In this document: positions 59,411-64,000 of the stretch, in pieces
Layout: every line of letters starts with the position of its first letter
How positions within the stretch are numbered: position 1 is the stretch's first letter
Assembly: GCA_963422735.1 (NCBI GenBank)
Contig: OY730476.1
Location: 2,080,001-2,144,000, forward strand
From: Candidatus Latescibacterota bacterium
Lineage (GTDB): Bacteria; Latescibacterota; UBA2968; UBA8231
Length of the DNA stretch: 64,000 bases
Direction of reading: 5' to 3'
Position numbers and translations under genes: made by a program
Notes under the pieces: generated by a model
Told to the model about the DNA's origin: nothing
Database searches by the model: none
Seen by the model: the letters and a program-made list of their open reading frames with translations, nothing else

Positions 59411-60544
59411 CTATTGCCACAGCGGCTCCCCGTCCTCCAGCATACTCTGTAGAAACGCCTCGTTCAGTTCCACTCCCAGCCCCGGCTTCTCGCTCAGGAC
59501 CACGTGCCCTTCCTGAATCACCGGCTCGTCGGCAAGCACCACATCGCTCCAAGTCGGGTCGTCGTAGCGATGGAACTCCAAGGCGAGAAAATTGGGTACA
59601 CTGGCGCAGACGTGGGCGTCGGCCACAGTGCTCAAGGCACTGGAGTTGTTGTGCGGGGCAAAAGGGATGTAGTAGGTCTCGGCCATGTTGGCGATCTTGC
59701 GACACTCGGATAGGCCGCCGCACTTGGAAATGTCGGGCATGATGATATCGATAGCCTGCTGTTCGAGCATGTCGCGGAAGCCGTAGCGCAAATAGGCGTT
59801 CTCGCCAGCGCAGATCGGGGTGCGAGTCGAGTCGGTGATGCGCTTGAGGGCGTCGATATTCTCGGGCGGGACCGGTTCTTCGAGCCACATCAGATTCAGG
59901 TCTTCGAGCGCGTGGGCGAACTTCATCCCGGCGGTGGCGTCGTAGCGCCCGTGCAAGTCAATGGCTAGGTCCATGTGGGGGCCAACCGCCTCGCGGATCC
60001 GGTGAGCTTGATTGACCAAATCCTCTAGCTCGGCAGGGGTCACCGACCAGTTCCAAGGATCGAGCTTTTCGGGGTGGCCCGCATCGTCGAGGTCGAACTT
60101 AATCGCGGTAAAGCCTTTTGCGCACACATCCTCGGCGCGCTGTTTGTAGTCCGAATGGGCGCTATCGACGTAGAGGCGCACCCGGTCGCGGAATTTGCCG
60201 CCCAAGAGCCGGTAAACAGGTACGCCTTGGGCCTTGCCAGCTAAATCCCAGAGCGCGACCTCGAGGCCAGTCAGTGCCGAAATCGCCAAGCCCGACATGC
60301 CCCCGCGGAAGATGTAACTGCGGCGGATGCCTTCAAAGAGCGCATCGACATCGCGCGGGTCCTTGCCGATGAGCTGAGCGGCCATGGACTGGGTGGAGCC
60401 GCGCCAGCCGCCATCGACGTGGCTGGCCTCGCCGGTGCCGTAGATGCCCTCGTCAGTGTGGATGCGGACGTAGTGGTAGAGATAGCGGGGTTGGCCGTTG
60501 GCCTTTATATGCACTTCAGCAGTTTTGACCTCTGTGATCTTCAA
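59411..60544 (-). CDS. Mandelate racemase/MLE family (gluconate/galactonate dehydratase-like)
   Basis: TDEGIYGTGE, ALWDLAGK, KFD, DLH, EEP, GEN, MPD, PHN, LEFH; TTG start with RBS. Confidence 0.92.
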   Translation of the reverse strand: MKITEVKTAEVHIKANGQPRYLYHYVRIHTDEGIYGTGEASHVDGGWRGSTQSMAAQLIGKDPRDVDALFEGIRRSYIFRGGMSGLAISALTGLEVALWDLAGKAQGVPVYRLLGGKFRDRVRLYVDSAHSDYKQRAEDVCAKGFTAIKFDLDDAGHPEKLDPWNWSVTPAELEDLVNQAHRIREAVGPHMDLAIDLHGRYDATAGMKFAHALEDLNLMWLEEPVPPENIDALKRITDSTRTPICAGENAYLRYGFRDMLEQQAIDIIMPDISKCGGLSECRKIANMAETYYIPFAPHNNSSALSTVADAHVCASVPNFLALEFHRYDDPTWSDVVLADEPVIQEGHVVLSEKPGLGVELNEAFLQSMLEDGEPLWQ

Positions 60545-60576
60545 TGGAGTCCCTTTCTTCTATAACTGACGTTACG

Positions 60577-60668
60577 CAGTTAGTGGCCAGTGGTTAGTGA
60601 TGGTCGTCACTTCGGTGGAAACCGGAGCCCAGCCCTACCCGGTGGATTCCGACTTTCGCCGGAATGAC
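60577..60668. repeat. Composite intergenic repeat (heptamer arm plus REP-like hairpins)
   Basis: CAGTTAGTGGCCAGTGGTTAGTG, CACTTCGGTG hairpin, and GGATTCCGAC-TTTC-GCCGGAATGAC hairpin. Confidence 0.55.
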
Positions 60669-60737
60669 GAGTCAGGGCAGCCGCACCCCGTGACGGGAAG
60701 GCGAGACCCCGGCGATCCAAAGTGCGTACCATCAGTT

Positions 60738-61415
60738 CTATAAGTGTAGTTGGCCGATTGCGCGCGTGGCAGCGTCGCAATACCAGAGCACGCCCTCGTG
60801 GATGGTCAGTCCGTGGACTTCGGTGGGGGCCTCGACGCGGACGACCTCCCAGATGCGCCCGTCTTGGGGATCGAGGCGGTTGATGGTGCCGGCCGAGGTG
60901 TCGGCGACCCAGAGGGTGCCGTCGTCAGCCCAGGCTAGTCCGTGGACGCGGAGGCCGGGGACGCGGAAGGAATGGACTTCTTCCCAAGTGCTGGCATCCA
61001 TCACGTGAACGAATTGCGAAGGCGGCGAAGCCACGTACACCCTGCCGTCCTTCCACTCTAAGCCATGGGCCCCCGTGACGCGGCCATTCTGTTGGTCGGC
61101 GACCCAAGCGACGACGCCATTGCCGGGCGAATTTAGCTTGGCGATGGTCTGGCCCGTAGCCGGGTCGAGCCGGGCGATCTTAAGCTCAAAGGTCGAGGCA
61201 ATCCACATAGAGCCGCCGCCGAGGGTAATGCCGCTGGAATGCTCGGTGTCGGTTTGGGCTTCAAAAAGGGTTTCGCCGCTCTCGTAGTCGAATTTATAGA
61301 CTTTGAGGTCCACTTGGTCGATGCACCAGAGGCCATCGGGCGCGGCTTGCAGGCCGTTGGGCTGGGGACCGGGGCATTTGAAACGCTCTTCAACGCGGGC
61401 GATTTGGACGGTCAT
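60738..61415 (-). CDS. Beta-propeller protein (glutamine cyclotransferase/Vgb-like repeats)
   Basis: Repeats PNGL..., SGIT..., HGLEW..., HGLAW..., HGLT... each followed by LW. Confidence 0.75.
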   Translation of the reverse strand: MTVQIARVEERFKCPGPQPNGLQAAPDGLWCIDQVDLKVYKFDYESGETLFEAQTDTEHSSGITLGGGSMWIASTFELKIARLDPATGQTIAKLNSPGNGVVAWVADQQNGRVTGAHGLEWKDGRVYVASPPSQFVHVMDASTWEEVHSFRVPGLRVHGLAWADDGTLWVADTSAGTINRLDPQDGRIWEVVRVEAPTEVHGLTIHEGVLWYCDAATRAIGQLHL

Positions 61416-61443
61416 AAAATGCTTTCTTTGCTAGGGATTGTGA

Positions 61444-62223
61444 TTAGGCCGGCAGGCCCATGAGATAGTTCCAGTTCTGACGGCGGATGGCGCGCTCCTT
61501 ATAGTGGTCGCTCTGGGAGACGCCTAACGGATTGGTGAAGTTGAGAATGTTAGTGACGTCCTCGGCCCGGTCGCGCTCGTTCCAGTCGGCGGGCTTGTTG
61601 GCCTCCTCTGGGTCGTGATTCCAAGTGGGTGCTGTGTTGTCCTGCGTACGGCGGAAGAGGAACTTGATCATGTGGCGCTTATGCGGCGAGCGGTTGGCGG
61701 CCGTGCCGTGCCAGAGGTCGTAGTGCGTGAAGGCCACGGTACCGGCCTTGACCACGAGCGGCACTTGGCCGCGGATGTTGGTGTACGTGGCCATGCGGTC
61801 TGTCGGCGCGTTGCGGAACTGGGTGCCGGGGACGATAATCGTCGGCCCCATGTCGGGCGTGACGTCGGTCGGGTAGTACAGCCCTAGGAAGCGATTGAGC
61901 AGTACGTCTCGGTTGTTGAGGCCGTCTTGGTGCCAATTCATCTGCGGGGAGTTCGGCTGCTTGCAGTGCCAGTGGCGATGCGACTGCACCTCGTAGTCCG
62001 GGCCGAGCAGGCTGACGAGCGCACCTTTGACGGTCGGATGGTCGAGCACTTGCCAGAGCTCGGGCACGACTTCGGTGATGGCGTCGCCGGGATTGTAGTC
62101 TAAAGCGTCGAGCTGGACAGCGATGGACTCGTTGATCCCGACGGGTAGTTCTGGCTCGACGATATGGTAGCCGGAGACGAGGAAACGGGCCACTTCGGCG
62201 TCGCTGAGCAAATGCTCATTCAT
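61444..62223 (-). CDS. PhyH family Fe(II)/2OG oxygenase
   Basis: F..SGY, WHQD, YYP.D...MGPT.IVPGT, YDLWH, R.MIKF. Confidence 0.88.
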   Translation of the reverse strand: MNEHLLSDAEVARFLVSGYHIVEPELPVGINESIAVQLDALDYNPGDAITEVVPELWQVLDHPTVKGALVSLLGPDYEVQSHRHWHCKQPNSPQMNWHQDGLNNRDVLLNRFLGLYYPTDVTPDMGPTIIVPGTQFRNAPTDRMATYTNIRGQVPLVVKAGTVAFTHYDLWHGTAANRSPHKRHMIKFLFRRTQDNTAPTWNHDPEEANKPADWNERDRAEDVTNILNFTNPLGVSQSDHYKERAIRRQNWNYLMGLPA

Positions 62224-62500
62224 CGGCGATAACCTCCATTTTCTGTAGGATGAATTCATAGCCAATCACGTCCAACTCTCTGTCGTCGAAAGGAGCCTGA
62301 AGGTGAGGGAATTGGACGATTTGCCAGCCGTCAACTACGGCGTCGTGTACCGTTTCGTAGGGCCAATCGGGTGCTGATTCGGCGCAGATCTCGGGCACAA
62401 AGCCCTCGACCGGCTCGATGAGCGTTAGGCCGATGATATTGGACATGACACTGGGGGTGCGCGCTTGCAAGTAGAGCAGGCGTTGGCGGGGTGCATCCAT
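62216..62500 (-). CDS. Small hypothetical protein translationally coupled to PhyH
   Basis: AGGAG RBS; 94 aa; ATGAATGA overlap with the downstream PhyH. Confidence 0.75.
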   Translation of the reverse strand: MDAPRQRLLYLQARTPSVMSNIIGLTLIEPVEGFVPEICAESAPDWPYETVHDAVVDGWQIVQFPHLQAPFDDRELDVIGYEFILQKMEVIADE

Positions 62501-62535
62501 TGAGGTTGAACCACTCCTGTAATACGGAGAGTGTA

Positions 62536-62577
62536 CCGTGCTGCGCCTAATATAGAACGGCCGTGCTGCGCGGCCAA
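62536..62577 (-). promoter_or_regulatory. Sigma70 promoter overlapped by an 11-bp direct repeat
   Basis: Minus strand TTGGCC-17 bp-TATATT; GCGCAGCACGG at 62561..62571 and 62536..62546. Confidence 0.55.
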
Positions 62578-62586
62578 TGACGCCCC

Positions 62587-62615
62587 TTGATAGCGGCTGC
62601 CATCTTCCTTAGCTT
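62587..62615 (+). promoter_or_regulatory. Sigma70 promoter for the aldo/keto reductase
   Basis: TTGATA-17 bp-TAGCTT followed by GAGGAG RBS. Confidence 0.5.
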
Positions 62616-62631
62616 GCCCCGCTGAGGAGAT

Positions 62632-63609
62632 GTGAAAATGCAGTACAATACCCTAGGCCGCACGGGCGTCAAAGTGTCTACCCTGTGCTATGGTACTATG
62701 GCCTTTGGCGGCGATGCGGACGAGGCGACCTCCGGGCAGATGTATCGCTACTGCCGCGAGTTGGGAATCAATTTCTTCGACACGGCCAATGTCTATTCCA
62801 ACGGGCGTTCCGAGGAGATATTGGGCCGATTGATCCAAGGCGATCGCGATGAGTTGGTAATCACCTCGAAAGTCTGCGGCCCAATGGGCGATGGCCCCAA
62901 CGACCAAGGCTTGTCGCGGCGGCATATTGTGCAAGCCGTAGAGGCCAGTCTCAGGCGATTGCAGACGGATCGCCTCGACCTTTACTTCGTCCACAACTTC
63001 GACGAAGATACGCCGATGGAGGAGACCCTCGCCGCGCTCGACGACTTGGTGCGCGGCGGCAAAATCCTCTATCCGGCCGTGAGCAACTGGGCCGCTTGGC
63101 AGATTGCCAAGGCACTCGGCCACTGCGCTCGCGAAGGGCTGGCGCAGTTTGCGTGTATTCAGCCCATGTACAACTTGGCCAAGCGGCAAGTGGAGGTAGA
63201 AATCCTGCCTCTGGCCCGCTCAGAAGGCTTGGGCGTGATTACCTATAGCCCCTTAGGGGGCGGCTTGCTGACCGGCAAGTACGGGATCGACAAGCGGCCC
63301 GAGCAGGGTCGTCTCTTGCGGCAGGACAACTACATCAAGCGCTACGCCAAGCCTGTGTTCTACGAAATCGCCGAGCGCTTTGTGCGCTATGCCGACGACA
63401 AAGGCGTGCATCCGGCGACCTTGGCCGTCGCTTGGGTCATGGGGCATCGAGACGCGACCGCGCCGATCGTCGGCGGGCGCAACCTAGACCAGCTAAAGCC
63501 GTCGCTTGCCGCGCTCGATTTTGCCATGTCAGCCAAGATGCGCGCCGAGGTGTCGGCACTTTCTATCGCGCCGCCGCCAGCCACCGACCGCGACGAGGTA
63601 CAGACCTAA
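62632..63609 (+). CDS. Aldo/keto reductase
   Basis: LGRTGVKVS, FDTANVY, SK, SLRRLQTD..DLY..H, YSPLGGGLLTGKY. Confidence 0.95.
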   Translation: MKMQYNTLGRTGVKVSTLCYGTMAFGGDADEATSGQMYRYCRELGINFFDTANVYSNGRSEEILGRLIQGDRDELVITSKVCGPMGDGPNDQGLSRRHIVQAVEASLRRLQTDRLDLYFVHNFDEDTPMEETLAALDDLVRGGKILYPAVSNWAAWQIAKALGHCAREGLAQFACIQPMYNLAKRQVEVEILPLARSEGLGVITYSPLGGGLLTGKYGIDKRPEQGRLLRQDNYIKRYAKPVFYEIAERFVRYADDKGVHPATLAVAWVMGHRDATAPIVGGRNLDQLKPSLAALDFAMSAKMRAEVSALSIAPPPATDRDEVQT

Positions 63610-63717
63610 GAAGCGGTCTGAAAACCCTCTAAAGTCGGCGTATAGGCACTCGCGCTCGGGTCACGCCTAAAGCCTGTCCCCGTGCAGACGGGGGGCGCGG
63701 TGAAGCAGACCGCTTCT
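63609..63717. mobile_element. MITE-like element (109 bp) with 12-bp terminal inverted repeats
   Basis: AGAAGCGGTCTG ... CAGACCGCTTCT; contains the 19-mer shared with 46328..46346. Confidence 0.65.
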
Positions 63718-63732
63718 GAAAGGAAAGGAACC

Positions 63733-64000
63733 ATGAGACCCAACAAGCTGCGCGAAAAACTCAACGCCGGCGAGCCGACGCTCGCCACTCACATCCACAC
63801 CACTTGGCCCTCGGTCGTCGAGGCCCTAGGGCATACGGGCGCGTACGACTATGTGGAATTTGTCGCCGAGTACGCCCCCTTTGACCTGCACGACTTGGAC
63901 AATCTCGCCCGAGCCGCCGAGTTATGGGATATGGGAACGATGATTAAGGTCGACGCCGAAAATCGCGCTTATGTGGCTCAACGAGCCATAGGATCGGGCT
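63733..64000 (+). CDS. HpcH/HpaI aldolase family protein (partial, runs off window end)
   Basis: MRPNKLREKLNAGEPTLATH...GAYDYVEFVAEYAPFD; AGGA RBS. Confidence 0.85.
   Translation, partial: MRPNKLREKLNAGEPTLATHIHTTWPSVVEALGHTGAYDYVEFVAEYAPFDLHDLDNLARAAELWDMGTMIKVDAENRAYVAQRAIGSG

Noticed and set aside
59293-59413. Possible IS-end remnant (GTGCCCA/TGAGCAC imperfect inverted repeat next to a stop codon)
   Set aside because: The repeat is too short and degenerate, and no second copy was seen.

Overview
GC-rich bacterial chromosomal window of about 55 intact genes and about 13 pseudogenes or fragments. The content is dominated by paralogous catabolic families: 9 intact PhyH-type Fe(II)/2-oxoglutarate oxygenases plus 1 relic, 5 enolase-superfamily dehydratases, 3 sulfatases (1 broken), 2 UxuA-like TIM barrels, 2 HpcH/HpaI aldolases, an IlvD/Edd dehydratase, a GH88, an exo-rhamnogalacturonan-lyase-like protein and a DUF5060/DUF4038 glycosidase. 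Housekeeping genes include acnA, rnd, hemJ, a UbiD decarboxylase and tRNA-Glu(UUC). C-terminal 'NYPNPFNP...WD...ASGIYF' and 'TAIE..SWGKIK' tails suggest an FCB-group, Latescibacterota-like organism, possibly host-associated; this is inference. Main observations: (1) two PhyH paralogues lack the Asp of the HxD iron triad (HNG, HGS), which is halogenase-like, and one sits in an enolase-PhyH-PhyH-UxuA-PhyH-aldolase-IlvD cluster; (2) a three-gene secreted protein/DUF362/Cys-motif permease module; (3) an orphan Phd/YefM regulator with a perfect 16-bp operator heading a decayed restriction-modification locus; (4) apparent erosion of CCWGG into its C-to-T products; (5) heptamer-repeat hairpins and MITE-like elements sitting at stop codons; (6) pervasive small-deletion pseudogenisation. 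All calls come from reading motifs by eye; no database searches were run.
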